In this document: positions 52,762 through 64,000 of the stretch, piece after piece | Position numbering within the stretch: the stretch's first letter is position 1 | How the letters are laid out: each line of letters starts with the position of its first letter | Notes under the pieces: model-generated | What the model was told of the DNA's origin: nothing | What the model saw: the letters and a program-made list of their open reading frames with translations, nothing else | Database searches by the model: none | Position numbers and translations under genes: made by a program | Assembly (NCBI GenBank): GCA_963717465.1 | Contig: OY970340.1 | Location: 992,001-1,056,000 of the forward strand | Direction of reading: 5' to 3' | DNA: 64,000 nt | Source of the DNA: Candidatus Bathyarchaeota archaeon | GTDB lineage: Archaea; Thermoproteota; Bathyarchaeia; Bathyarchaeales; Bathycorpusculaceae

Positions 52762-52827
52762 CTGTTACAAAATTTTTTCCCATACTGGACAGTATAATTG
52801 TAAATAATAAAGGGGAAGACCTAACAA

Positions 52828-54538
52828 ATGACTAAAACATCAGGGTCAAAAGCCCTAATTCAATCTTTAGAAAACAAGAATGTCGAAGTGATATTTGGAA
52901 TACTGGGCGGAGCAATCTTGCCAGTATACGATACCCTATGCAACTCTAAAATACGCCATATACTCAGCAGACACGAACAAGGCGCAGCTCACGCAGCAGA
53001 TGGCTATGCACGTGCTAGCGGAAAAGCCGGTGTTTGCTTAGCAACATCTGGTCCAGGCGCAACAAACTTGGTTACTGGCATCGCTAATGCCTACATGGAT
53101 TCTTCACCTGTAATTGCACTAACAGGACAAGTTCCCTCAAACGGCGTTAATACTTCATATATGATTGGGAGAGATGCCTTCCAAGAAGCCGACATAATAG
53201 GGATAACAACAGCAATAACAAAATACAGCTATCCAAATACGCGATGCCGCTGAAATTCCCCGTGCGGTAAACTCAGCATTTTACATCGCAACAACAGGTA
53301 GACCTGGCCCAGTTCTAATAGACTTACCAAAAAACGTTCAAACTGAAATAAAAGAAATGGAATTCACGAATCGAGTGGAACTTAGAGGGTACAAACCGAC
53401 AATCGACCCACATCCTTTACAAATAAAGAAAGCAGCTGACCTATTAGCTAGCGCTGAGCGCCCATTGATACTAGCAGGAGGCGGAGTAATAATCGCTGGG
53501 GCTTCAGACCAACTGTTCAAAGTCTCCCAACTGCTATTGGCTCCAGTTGCTACAACGCTTATGGGCAAAGGGGCTTTTCCAGAGATTCATCCCTTATCCG
53601 TCGGAAGCATCGGAATGCATGGAAACCCAGCTGCAAACAAATTGATAGAAGAAGCTGACGTACTGTTAGCTGTGGGCACTCGCTTTTCAGACAGATCGTC
53701 AGCGAACTTGGATAGTTTCTGTCCAGACGCAAAAAGAATCCATGTTGATGTTGATGCAGCAGAAATCGGCAAGAACGTTGATGTTGAAGTACCCATCGTT
53801 GGTGATGCAAAAGTATCCTTAGGCTTACTGTATGAAGCGCTGTTGAAACTGTTGAAGAAGAAGCCTGGAGAAGCATGGACAAACCGCGTTAAACAAGTCA
53901 AAGAGCAATTAAACCCATTAATGAATAATGAAACGCAAGAACTTACTCCAAAATCGTTGCTGATAGAATTAAGAAAGATATTGCCTGAAAACGGCATAGT
54001 CACAACAGAAGTAGGTCAAAACCAAATGTGGTCCGCATTATACTTTAAAGCGCTGCATCCGAGAACATTCATAACTTCAGGCGGGTTAGGAACAATGGGT
54101 TTTGGTTTTCCAGCAGCTTTAGGCGCAAAAGTCGCTTGTCCAGACCGACCGGTAGTGGATATTGCTGGTGATGGCAGCTTCATAATGACCGAACAAGAGT
54201 TAGCATGCTCAGTTAACGAGGATATTCCAGTCACAGTCATAGTCCTGAATAATTCAGTATTAGGCATGGTGGCACAGTGGCAACGAACACTCTACAATCG
54301 CCGCTACATGGCAGTGAACTTGGGCAAAAACCCTGATTTCGTAAAACTAGCTGAAGCCTATGGAGCACAAGGCTTCCATGTAGGTTCAATCGATGAATTC
54401 CAAAAAGCAATCAAAACCGCATTAAAAAGCAAAGTTACAACAGTCATCGACGTGCCAATCTCCTCAGAAGAAAACGTCAATCCGTTTGTGCCTCCAGGCT
54501 GCGGACTTACATCAACAAACAGGAGACTACTAAAATGA
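52828..54538 (+). CDS. ilvB: Acetolactate synthase large subunit; frameshift near 53230
   Basis: [52 protein letters not shown]. Confidence 0.95.
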
Positions 54539-55047
54539 GTGAAACAAAAACCACAGTTATCTCTGCAATCGTAGAGAACAAACCCGGTGTGCTGCATAGC
54601 ATATCGAACCTGTTTCGTCGAAGAAACTTTAACATTGAAAGCATCACTGTAGGACCAACAGAACAAGAAGATCTAGCAAGGATAACTATCACAGTCAACG
54701 GTGACGAAAAAACCCTTGAGCAAGTAATCAAGCAATTAAACAAACTTATCGATGTTATCAAAGTTGCCAGGCTTGAGTCAGGAAACATGGTCGCACGTGA
54801 ATTAGCATTAATAAAAGTTAATGTGCAAGACACCAAAAACAGATCAGATATAATCAACTGCGTTGAAGTCTTCAGGGGTCACATCGTGGACTTTTCTCCA
54901 GGAGCACTAATGGTTGAAATTACAGGCAGTTCAGGCAAAATCGACGCTTTCCTAAACCTAATGAAAACATACGGAATTGTCGAACTTGCACGAACAGGAA
55001 TAACAGCCCTTGCACGAGGATCAAAATCAGCAGTAATCGACGAGTAA
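54535..55047 (+). CDS. ilvN: Acetolactate synthase small (regulatory) subunit
   Basis: [33 protein letters not shown]. Confidence 0.95.
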   Translation: MSETKTTVISAIVENKPGVLHSISNLFRRRNFNIESITVGPTEQEDLARITITVNGDEKTLEQVIKQLNKLIDVIKVARLESGNMVARELALIKVNVQDTKNRSDIINCVEVFRGHIVDFSPGALMVEITGSSGKIDAFLNLMKTYGIVELARTGITALARGSKSAVIDE

Positions 55048-55159
55048 ACTATCACTCAAAAAGGAAAAACAAATTTCCACATTTATATTTCAGGATAAAT
55101 CCAAGAAAAAATTAGTTTAAACAAATTAAGTTAAATCAAATGAAAAGAAGAGAAAAAAC

Positions 55160-56430
55160 ATGAATATTACAGAAAAAATATTGGCGAAGGCATCCGGCAA
55201 AAAAACCGTGCAGCCAGGCGAAATAGTCGACGCCAAAGTTGACATGGTTATGGTTCACGATTTAACCGGACCATTAGCCGTTGAAGCCTTCAAAAAAATT
55301 GGTACACAGAAAGTTTGGGACAACAAAAAGATAGTTGTAATTCTGGATCATCAAGTTCCAGCTGAATCAATTAAAGCTGCAGAACTCCACAAAACCATGC
55401 GCCAATTCGCTAAAGAACAAAAACTGCGCATCTACGATATAGGAAAAGGCGGAATATGCCACCAAGTAATGCCTGAAAAAGGACATGTAATTCCAGGAAC
55501 AGTTATTGTAGGCGCTGATTCACACACATGCACTTACGGCGCTTTTGGCGCTTTTGCAACAGGCATTGGTTCAACAGAAGCCGCAGCAGTCTTTGCCACC
55601 GGCAAGATTTGGCTAAAAATTCCAGAAGCAATCAAAGTAAACGTTGAAGGACAATTCAAGAAGTTTGTCACCCCAAAGGATCTAGTCTTAGCTGTTATTG
55701 GTAAAATGAGTGTTGACGGTGCTACTTACAAGAGTGTCGAGTTCACCGGCTCCAGCAATAAAGGAAATGAGTATGGCTGGAAGAATGACACTGTGCAACA
55801 TGGCTGTAGAAATGGGCGCTAAAAACGGAATAATTGAACCAGATGAAACAACCCGCAAATTCTTAGAAGGCAGAACAAGCAAACCTTTACCCTCATTTGA
55901 AGCATTAAAGAGCGATGAAGACGCCAAATACGCGCAAGACAATGGAGTTTGATGTAGGCAAATTAGAACCTCAAGTTGCCTGCCCCTCATCCGTTGACAA
56001 CGTTAAACCCGTTTCAAAAATAGGCAACATGCCAATTGATCAAGCATTCATCGGTTCATGCACTAACGGCCGATTAGAAGATTTACGGTTAGCCGCTCAA
56101 GTATTAAAGGGCAAAAAAGTCAAGGACAACGTTAGAACACTGGTAATTCCTGCTTCCCAAGAAGTATACAAGCAAGCTCTACAAGAGGGCTTATTAGAGA
56201 TATTTACTGATGCAGGCGCCATCGTTTGCGGCTCAGCATGTGGTCCCTGCTTGGGCGGGCACATTGGATTATTAGCAGCAGATGAAACATGCGTTAGCAC
56301 TTCAAACCGTAACTTCATAGGAAGAATGGGTAGCACCAAAGCTAATGTTTTCTTAGCTTCCCCCGCTACAGTAGCAGCTTCAGCCGTTACAGGAAAAATA
56401 ACTGATCCAAGAAAACTGGAGGTAAAATAA
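55160..56430 (+). CDS. leuC: 3-isopropylmalate dehydratase large subunit; two frameshifts
   Basis: [40 protein letters not shown]. Confidence 0.94.
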
Positions 56431-56934
56431 ATGACTTTGAAAATAAAGGGAACTGCAATAAAATTCGGAAACAACATTGATACTGACGTGATTCTGCCTG
56501 GCAAATATTTAGTGTTGGTTGACCCTAAAGAATTAGCTAAACACGCCCTAGAAGGTTTAGATGCAGACTTCCCTGAAAAAGCGCAAAAAGGCGTGATTGT
56601 AGTCGGCGGTAGAAACTTTGGTTGCGGATCAAGCAGAGAACAAGCACCATTAGCCTTAAAATACTCAGGCGTAAAATGCGTAATAGCCGAATCTTTCGCC
56701 AGAATTTTCTACCGAAACTCAATCAACATAGGCTTGCCAGTAATCGAATGCCCAGCTATATCAGCAGCAGTTGAAACAGGCGATGAATTAACTGTTGATT
56801 TCGAAACGGGCAAGATAGAAAACAACACAAAGGGCAAAAGCTTCCAAGTAGACAAGCTCCCCACATTCATACTGGAAATTCTTTCAGATGGAGGATTAAT
56901 AGAAAATCTACGCAGGAGACAGAAAAACCAATGA
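56431..56934 (+). CDS. leuD: 3-isopropylmalate dehydratase small subunit
   Basis: NIDTDVI, NFGCGSSREQA, SFARIFYRN. Confidence 0.95.
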   Translation: MTLKIKGTAIKFGNNIDTDVILPGKYLVLVDPKELAKHALEGLDADFPEKAQKGVIVVGGRNFGCGSSREQAPLALKYSGVKCVIAESFARIFYRNSINIGLPVIECPAISAAVETGDELTVDFETGKIENNTKGKSFQVDKLPTFILEILSDGGLIENLRRRQKNQ

Positions 56935-57965
56935 ATGAATACAAAATATCCGTAATATCCGGTGATGGAATTGGTCCAGAACTAACAGAAGCAACACTAA
57001 AAGTTCTGGATGCAGTTCAAGAAAAATTCAACCTGAAACTGAAAATGATTGACGCACAAGCAGGCGACACTTGCCTTGAGCAAAGAGGCGTGCCCTTACC
57101 GGAAGACAGTGTACAGAAAATCAAAGATTCTGACGCATGCCTAAAAGGGCCTGTAGGAGAAACCGCAGCAGACGTTATTGTAAAACTGCGATTAATGTTC
57201 GATCTATACGCCAATTTGCGACCACTGAAGGCTTATCCATCAGTTGCCGTAGCACGTCCTGACATTGACATGCTGTTTGTCAGGGAGAATACAGAGGATG
57301 TTTACAAAGGCTTAGAATTTACAATTGGCAATGACACAACTATTTGCTTAAGAGTTATTACACGCAAAAACTGCGAACGAATAGCAAAGAAAGCCTTTGA
57401 GTTAGCGAGATTACGAAACGGCAAGAAGAAAGTAACAGCAATTCATAAAGCAAACGTTATGCGTGTAACCGACGGTTTATTCGCCAGCGTATGCAGAGAA
57501 ACAGCGAAACAATACCCAGATATCGCATTCAACGAGCTTTACGTCGACGCTGCGTCGATGCGGCTGATAAAAGAACCTCAAGAATTTGATGTCTTTGTTA
57601 CTCCGAACATGTTCGGCGACATTCTCTCTGATGAAGCAGCCCAGTTAATAGGTGGATTAGGAATGGCTCCGGGAGCAAACATTGGGGACAATTTTGCTTT
57701 GTTTGAGCCGATTCATGGCTCAGCACCTAATAGGGCAGGTAAGCAAACAGCTAACCCAATATCCATGATTTTAGCGGCGCAAATGATGATGAATTGGCTG
57801 GGCGAAAAACACAATGACCAAAGATGCATTGATGCAGGAAAAGCAATCGAGAAAGGCGTAATCTACGCTCTTGAGAATCATCAATCTGTACCAGACTGCG
57901 GCGGAAAAGCTACAACCTTGCAAATGGCTGAAGCTATCGCTGCAGCAATAATGAAGAATGGTTGA
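56931..57965 (+). CDS. leuB: 3-isopropylmalate dehydrogenase (isocitrate/isopropylmalate family)
   Basis: [44 protein letters not shown]; operon position. Confidence 0.88.
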   Translation: MNEYKISVISGDGIGPELTEATLKVLDAVQEKFNLKLKMIDAQAGDTCLEQRGVPLPEDSVQKIKDSDACLKGPVGETAADVIVKLRLMFDLYANLRPLKAYPSVAVARPDIDMLFVRENTEDVYKGLEFTIGNDTTICLRVITRKNCERIAKKAFELARLRNGKKKVTAIHKANVMRVTDGLFASVCRETAKQYPDIAFNELYVDAASMRLIKEPQEFDVFVTPNMFGDILSDEAAQLIGGLGMAPGANIGDNFALFEPIHGSAPNRAGKQTANPISMILAAQMMMNWLGEKHNDQRCIDAGKAIEKGVIYALENHQSVPDCGGKATTLQMAEAIAAAIMKNG

Positions 57966-59491
57966 ATACAAAATGAACAATTCAAAGTATGTCCGCATTT
58001 TTGACACAACCCTACGAGATGGTGAGCAATCACCCGGAGTCTCGTTAACGTTCGATGACAAAATGGAGATTGCAAAGCAACTGGGGTTACTAGGGGTTGA
58101 TGTTATTGAAGCAGGTTTTCCCAGCTCATCTGAAGGAGAAAAAAAAGTTGTTAAAGAAATAGCGAAAGCTGGGTTTGTAAAGGAAACTTGCGGTTTATCA
58201 CGGGCTATCCAGGGCGATGTTGACGCGGTAATCGGATGTGACGTTAATACAATTCACATTTTCATTTCAACTTCAGATGTGCAGATGAAGTACGCTTTAG
58301 GATTAACACCAGAACAAGTTCTTAAATCAACAGTTGACTCAATCGAATACGCCAAAAAACATGGGCTAACAGTCGAGTTTTCACCCATGGATGCAACCCG
58401 CTCCAAGCTGCCCTTCTTAAAAGAGGTTTGCAAAACTGCTGAGAAAGCAGGCATGGATAGGCTTAACGTTCCCGATACCGTAGGCATAATGACTCCTAGA
58501 ACAACCTGTCAAGCTGATTGAGGAGCTAAAATCCACGGTTTCTGTTCCAATCAGCATTCATTGTCATGATGATTTTGGCATGGCTGTTGCAAACTCGCTA
58601 GCAGCGGTGGAAGCAGGAGCTGCTCAGGTGCATGTTGCCGTTAACGGTTTAGGTGAACGCGCTGGCAATGCTTCCTTGGAAGAAGTTGTTATGGCTTTGC
58701 ACATGCTTTACAAGTGTAAAACAAGCGTAAATACACGCTTACTGTACAGCACTTCAAAACTGGTTTCGTCTCTGTCGGGCATACAAGTGCAAGCAAACAA
58801 AGCAATCGTAGGTGAAAATGCTTTTGCTCATGAGTCTGGAATTCACACACGTGGAGTAACAGAGAAACCGCTAACCTTCGAACCTATTAAACCTGAATTG
58901 GTTGGTCGTTCAAGAAAGTTGGTTGCTGGCAAACTGGCGGGAACTCGTGGAATAAAAGCTGAACTTGAAGAAATAGGAATAAACCCTAACATGGAGCAGC
59001 TGAAAGAAATTGTTCAACGAGTTAAGGAGTTAGGCGATAAGGGCAAGACAGTGACAGACGCCGATCTAATAGCTCTGACCTCAGCGGTTATGGGTGAAGT
59101 GATACAAGAAGAAAAAATCGTTGACTTATGCGATTTAGCAGTTGTAACCGGAATAAAAGTGCTTCCGACAGCTTCAGTACGCCTGGTCTTAGATGGAAAA
59201 GAGTACACCGCAGCTGAGACTGGCGTTGGCCCCGTGGACGCAGTACTGAAGGCTATCCAGAAATTAACCAACAATCTGGAAAAAATCCGTTTAAGCGAGT
59301 ACCGTCTTGAAGCAATAACTGGAGGCTCAAACGCAGTAGCTGAAGTCATTATAAAGGTGGAAGACGATAAGGGTCACATGGTTTCAGCACGCGCCGCAAG
59401 AGAAGACATAGTTATGGCAAGCGTTGAAGCAATGATAAATGGCATAAACAAGTGCCTACTAAAAAATAGAAAGCAGGGAAACAAAAAGTGA
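57958..59491 (+). CDS. leuA: 2-isopropylmalate synthase; frameshift near 58507
   Basis: [43 protein letters not shown]; follows leuB. Confidence 0.8.
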
Positions 59492-60297
59492 AAATAGCCT
59501 TTCAAGGCGAACGAGGCGCATACAGCGAAAGCGCAGTCTACTCTTTCTTTGGAGAAAAAGTTGACGTCGAGCCTTGCAAGGACTTCAAAACCGTTTTCGA
59601 AAACATAAAGCAAAAAAAAGTTCAATCGGGCGTTGTTCCAGTCGAGAACTCCATCGAAGGCAGCGTCAACCAAACTTACGACTTATTCTTTAATTATAAC
59701 CTGAAAGTTAAGGGCGAAGTAATAGTAAAAATCGCTCATTGCTTAATAGTTAACCCATCTACAACGATAAAAATGTTAAAGACTGTTTATTCTCATCCAC
59801 AAGCTCTAGCGCAATGCAGCATTTTTCTTGAAAAGCAAAAATGGGAAATTATTCCAACTTACGACACCGCAGGAAGCGTCAAAATAATCAAAGAAAAAAA
59901 TCTCAAAAATGTAGCCGCGATAGCAAGTGAAAAAGCCGCAGAAATCTACGGCATGAAAATCCTGGCCAAAGACCTCGCGGATAACTTGGAGAATTATACT
60001 CGTTTTTTTGTTTTGTCTCATGAGGATTCGCCTGTAACTGGAAGAGACAAAACATCAATTATTTTCTCTGCAACTCATGAGCCAGGAGCGCTTTATCATG
60101 TCTTGGGTGAATTTGCTAAACGGAACATTAACCTCACCCGCATTGAATCCAGACCTACTAAAACCACTGCTTGGCAGTATAATTTTTATTTGGACTTCGA
60201 GGGGCATCGAACGGAAAAGCGTTGCACAGAAGCTTTGGAAGCTCTAGAGAAGTACGTGACATTTGTGAAGATTCTGGGCTCCTATCCAAAGGCATAA
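59488..60297 (+). CDS. pheA: Prephenate dehydratase
   Basis: IAFQGERGAYSE, PVENSIEG, SHPQALAQC, NYTRF, LTRIESRP. Confidence 0.96.
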   Translation: MKIAFQGERGAYSESAVYSFFGEKVDVEPCKDFKTVFENIKQKKVQSGVVPVENSIEGSVNQTYDLFFNYNLKVKGEVIVKIAHCLIVNPSTTIKMLKTVYSHPQALAQCSIFLEKQKWEIIPTYDTAGSVKIIKEKNLKNVAAIASEKAAEIYGMKILAKDLADNLENYTRFFVLSHEDSPVTGRDKTSIIFSATHEPGALYHVLGEFAKRNINLTRIESRPTKTTAWQYNFYLDFEGHRTEKRCTEALEALEKYVTFVKILGSYPKA

Positions 60298-60350
60298 ATA
60301 ATTAACCAAAAATTAGAAATTGTTTGAATAGCGCGTGGATATCATGATTA

Positions 60351-60839
60351 GTGGGGATTAATGTGACGCGGAATGTATTAGACAGTGAAGAAGCAAGCAA
60401 AAACGAAGAAGTAGAAGTCAATAAATCAAAGCAGGGAAATAAGGTGAACACTCTCGCCACACCAGAACCATTCAAGCCTCCATCTGATATGTTCATTGTA
60501 ACGACACCATTCGTTTCAGGATATCACGTAACGCGTGTCATTGGCATGACATTTGGGTTGATTGTCAGGTCTCGTGGATTAGGTCAAAATATTTGGGCAT
60601 ATTTCCGAGCTTGGGGTGGCGGAGAAATAAAAGTGTACACGAAACTCCTCGAACAAGTACGCGCACAGGCTATTCAACGACTCAGTGATCATGCTAAGCG
60701 CTTGGGAGCAAATGCAGTTGTCTCCGTTGGCTTTGACACATCAGAGATGAGTAGTTCAATGACAGAAGTTCTTGCCTATGGAACTGCGGTGATTGTAGAA
60801 CCTGGCATGTCTCCTGCACAACCTGTCGAACTGCATTAA
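60351..60839 (+). CDS. YbjQ/UPF0145 family protein
   Basis: GLIVRSR, GGEIKVYT, AKRLGANAVV, AYGTAV. Confidence 0.9.
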   Translation: MGINVTRNVLDSEEASKNEEVEVNKSKQGNKVNTLATPEPFKPPSDMFIVTTPFVSGYHVTRVIGMTFGLIVRSRGLGQNIWAYFRAWGGGEIKVYTKLLEQVRAQAIQRLSDHAKRLGANAVVSVGFDTSEMSSSMTEVLAYGTAVIVEPGMSPAQPVELH

Positions 60840-60935
60840 AAGAAAAGATTGAATGGCATCTTATTTTTCAGTTTTTTGAGCGCGAAAAATAAGCTGAAAC
60901 ACACGCTCTTAAACGAAACATTCTCGTTATTAGAA

Positions 60936-61562
60936 TTATTTTGCAATCTTTTCAAAGAAGTTTTGTATGACTTTGTGTCCTTCAGGGTTTGTTTGGTTTT
61001 TTATGGTTGTGCGTTCTGGGTGGAATTGGACTCCGTAGAAGGGTTTGCTGGTGTGCTTGACGGCTTCTACTTCGCATGAGGCTGAATCCGCTATCAACTT
61101 GAATCCCGCTTTTTCGAGGCTGTCTTTTAGAACGTAGTCAAAGTGGTTTTCCGCCAGTAGCAACGCTTGCTTGTCAGGGAAGCCAGCGAAAATTGCGTCT
61201 TTGTCCAAGACTTGAATATTTTCAAAGCGTTCCAAGACTCCTTGGGGAAGCGAACCTACTTTGGCACCTAGCGCCCAGCAGAGTATTTGGTGACCAAAAC
61301 AGATGCCGAAAATCGGCAATTTGCAGGTTTGAACCAAATGCACAACTCCTTTGAATTTGGCTCGATCTGCTTGATCAACTACCCTGGCAGCTGAGCCGCT
61401 AATAACTATGGCATCAAAGTCTTTGTCAACGCAAAAGTCTTCAGAAACTTCACTATATGGAACGACTTTGAATTCACTAAATTTGTTGATTGCTGCGAAT
61501 AAATCCTTGTTCACTGTGTTTTTGAGAGAACAGTTGACTAGCAAGGTTTTAGTCGTTGCATG
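60936..61562 (-). CDS. Class I glutamine amidotransferase (GuaA-A-like); start region uncertain
   Basis: ISGS, GICFGHQ, GVQFHPE triad motifs. Confidence 0.85.
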   Translation of the reverse strand, partial: HATTKTLLVNCSLKNTVNKDLFAAINKFSEFKVVPYSEVSEDFCVDKDFDAIVISGSAARVVDQADRAKFKGVVHLVQTCKLPIFGICFGHQILCWALGAKVGSLPQGVLERFENIQVLDKDAIFAGFPDKQALLLAENHFDYVLKDSLEKAGFKLIADSASCEVEAVKHTSKPFYGVQFHPERTTIKNQTNPEGHKVIQNFFEKIAK

Positions 61563-61566
61563 CTCC

Positions 61567-62441
61567 TCATTTTTCTGTTGATTCCAGCATTTTGTACATG
61601 ACTTCATATGATTCTGCGAAATCCTTGTCCGCTTTCAAGAGTTTAGTCTTCAACAGTTCCATGCGCTTAACAATTGCAGCTTCATCTTTCTTTTTGATTA
61701 AATTAAGCCATTCTTCAGCCTTTGCAATAAAAGAATCCTCAATTTTTCCTAAATCCGGCAAACTAGTTTGAAGGCTAGCATACAAGTCGGGTGTTTCCAA
61801 TGCTGTTGCCTCAGCTAAAGTGAAAAGCATCCTGTAAGTCGTACCCGCAACTTTTTTTGACTCCGCCAAATTTTCCTGTTCCAAAAGAGTTTCGCAGGCG
61901 ACTACTCCAACGAAATGGGGTAAGCCTAAAACAATCGACATTAGCTTGTCATGTTTCTCAGGTGATATTATGAAGACGTTTGCTTTTTCTTTTTCAAGCC
62001 ATTCTTTGAATTCTTCAGGGCGAATTTTTGTTCTTTATCGTTTGTCGGTGTTAGGATGAATGCTTTGTGTTCAACTCCTTTGCTGCCTGGACCGAAAACT
62101 GGGTGAGTGCCCAAAACTAAGCCGTGTCTTATGTGCTCATGCATTAGTTTTACTGGTGTTTCCTTTATCGAACAAATATCCAAAACAACTTGACCATCGT
62201 GAATTGCTGGAGCGATTTTTTTTACTATTTCTTCGAAAGCGTTGATTGACACGCAAATCCAAACTTGATCAGCATCTTTAACGGCGTCAACGAATCCAGC
62301 AGTCTTAACCCCGAGCTCCTTCTCAAATTTTAATAGTTTTTCTTTTTTTCTGTCAGCAACAGTAACAGCGTAGCCTTTGGATTGAAAGAATTTTGCGAAC
62401 CAAACACCCATCTTGCCGGCGCCAAGGATGGCAATTCTCAT
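61567..62441 (-). CDS. tyrA: Prephenate dehydrogenase; frameshifted near 61965-62020
   Basis: GAGKMG, DICSIK, THPVFGP, HDKLMSIVLGLPH, GTTYR. Confidence 0.92.
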
Positions 62442-63515
62442 TTAAGTAAGCTCCTCGCAAATCCTCTCTAGACCAACTTTTATTTCGTCTCTTGGTGCGG
62501 TTAAGGATATTCTGAAATGCTCAGGGTAATCTCCAAAAGATGTCCCTGGAGCTATCGCGACGCCTTTGTCAAGCAGGTCTAAACAGAATTTCTCAGAGTT
62601 CAAACCTGACTTCTTTGGAAACACGTAGAACGGGGCATCTGGTTTGGAGAATGATAGTCCAGCTTTTGAAAGAATTTTGCTTGCCATTTCTGCCCTTTGC
62701 TGATACTCTTTTTGTATTTTTGTTGCGAGTTGTTTTTGCATTTCCAAAGCTTTCAATGCGGCATCTTGTATGAAAACGGGAACGTTGTTAATTGTTATTT
62801 GATTTAATTTAGTTATGTTGTCAATGAGTATCTTGTTTCCAATGATGTATCCGATTCGCCAGCCGGTCATAGTAAATGTTTTGGAGAAACCGTTGGATAA
62901 AATGTGGTTGTCTCCGTATTCTAGGATGCTTTTTGTTTTAACGAAACTGATTGTTCCGTAGATTTCGTCGGATAAGATCGTGACACCTTTCTTGTTGGCT
63001 ATTTCAACTATTCCGTCAAGAGTTTTTGCATCTATGGCTTTGCTTGTCGGGTTATTGGGGTTGTTGAGAATTATCAACCGAGTGTCTTTATCAATCATGC
63101 CTTCAAGCTTGTCAAGGTCAACTTTCCAATCATTTTCAAGTTCCGTTCTTAACAGTTTAAACTGGAAGCCGAGGCTTTTAGCCATTAAGTCGTAAGCTGT
63201 CCAATATGGCGTTGGGATAATTACGTTTCCTCCGCCCTTCATCAACAAGTACATTGTGGCGAAAATGCCCCATTTAGAACCAGATGTAATTACGACGTTG
63301 TCAGTTTTGACACCGTGAAATTCTGCGATTTTGTCCCGTAATTTTTTTTCACCGTAAGACGAGGAATACTTTGTTTTTCCCGCCTTCATAGACGCGTACG
63401 CAGCTTCAATTATCTCATTAGGCGTAGCTAAGTCTGGGTCGCCTAAGTTTAATCGAATTATTTTTTTTCCTTCATTTTCAAGTCTTAGGGCTTTCTCGTT
63501 TAATTCATACAGCAT
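62442..63515 (-). CDS. Class I/II PLP aminotransferase (aspartate/aromatic)
   Basis: LNLGDPD, NNPNNPT, SDEIY, GFSKTFTMTGWRIG. Confidence 0.93.
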   Translation of the reverse strand: MLYELNEKALRLENEGKKIIRLNLGDPDLATPNEIIEAAYASMKAGKTKYSSSYGEKKLRDKIAEFHGVKTDNVVITSGSKWGIFATMYLLMKGGGNVIIPTPYWTAYDLMAKSLGFQFKLLRTELENDWKVDLDKLEGMIDKDTRLIILNNPNNPTSKAIDAKTLDGIVEIANKKGVTILSDEIYGTISFVKTKSILEYGDNHILSNGFSKTFTMTGWRIGYIIGNKILIDNITKLNQITINNVPVFIQDAALKALEMQKQLATKIQKEYQQRAEMASKILSKAGLSFSKPDAPFYVFPKKSGLNSEKFCLDLLDKGVAIAPGTSFGDYPEHFRISLTAPRDEIKVGLERICEELT

Positions 63516-63546
63516 TGGACAATACTCTCCGTTAAGAGTTCTTTTT

Positions 63547-63810
63547 CTACTCTTGAACAGCACTGCACATATTAACTATTTCGCGGTAAACCGCTTCAAC
63601 CTGAACAGGATTCAAATCGAACTGGCTTGCTTTTTTCTTCAGACGGTTGAGAAGCTCTTTTTCTCTTAACGCGTCTTTTACAGGTTTTCCCTGTTTTTTC
63701 TTTGCTTGACCAATAGCTTTGCATACGTTTACTCTTTCAATCAAAGCATTTAGTATTTGATCATCAATTTCATCAATACGTTTACGATGCCGCTCTATAT
63801 CGTCGCTCAT
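63547..63810 (-). CDS. Chorismate mutase (AroQ type)
   Basis: RKRIDEIDDQIL...ER..IGQAK...PVKDALRE. Confidence 0.92.
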   Translation of the reverse strand: MSDDIERHRKRIDEIDDQILNALIERVNVCKAIGQAKKKQGKPVKDALREKELLNRLKKKASQFDLNPVQVEAVYREIVNMCSAVQE

Positions 63811-63813
63811 TAT

Positions 63814-64000
63814 TTATTGCTCCTTCAAAACTTTCGCTATAAAACCTGCCCGAATCAAGTGATCAACAAGAGTTATCGCAACTGCTGATTCTACAATGGG
63901 CACAGCTTTAGGAACTATGCAGGGGTCATGCCTACCCTTAACGCTAAAGGCTTCATCTTTCATTTTGGATAAACTAACAGTCTTCTGCTCTTTTCCTATG
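63814..64000 (-). CDS. aroC: Chorismate synthase, C-terminal part (continues beyond window)
   Basis: Minus-strand translation IGKEQKTV...[17 protein letters not shown]. Confidence 0.93.
   Translation of the reverse strand, partial: IGKEQKTVSLSKMKDEAFSVKGRHDPCIVPKAVPIVESAVAITLVDHLIRAGFIAKVLKEQ

Overview
Archaeal chromosome segment, most likely Bathyarchaeia (inferred from gene content: DGGGP synthase, tRNA-intron endonuclease, aRF1, Ftr, three-gene glutamate synthase, CimA plus LeuA, initiator tRNA with A1-U72 and no encoded CCA). Layout: housekeeping genes (1-5 kb); a small decayed toxin-antitoxin island bounded by a 21-bp direct repeat (5.0-7.5 kb); a soluble chemoreceptor; a beta-oxidation operon whose acyl-CoA dehydrogenase seems replaced in frame by a GC-rich amidohydrolase (9.5-14.6 kb); a redox/oxidative-stress cluster (15-23.6 kb); a RadA-like gene, an AT-rich UbiA gene and a solo-Cas1 C-terminal remnant (23.7-26 kb); glutamate synthase operon with a divergent AbrB-PhoU regulator; eno-rps2-MEMO1-tRNAiMet; his operon; amrS, ftr, aRF1; an AlaX pseudogene; ilv/leu/cim cluster, pheA, and the end of an aro operon. 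From about 32.9 kb (densely from 38.6 kb) many genes, including essential ones, carry single-base frameshifts, best explained as sequencing errors. Best candidate for something new: a homologous ~130-bp promoter/leader element (shared TATA context, AAGACA, AATGAGGGATTGC starting an MRDC uORF, CGTCTAAAA, alternative hairpins, oligo-T tracts) ahead of both the his and ilvBN-leu operons, resembling an archaeal attenuator or riboswitch-like RNA. Second: short motifs shared between the Cas1 remnant and the TA island. Product calls rest on motif recognition only; no searches were run.
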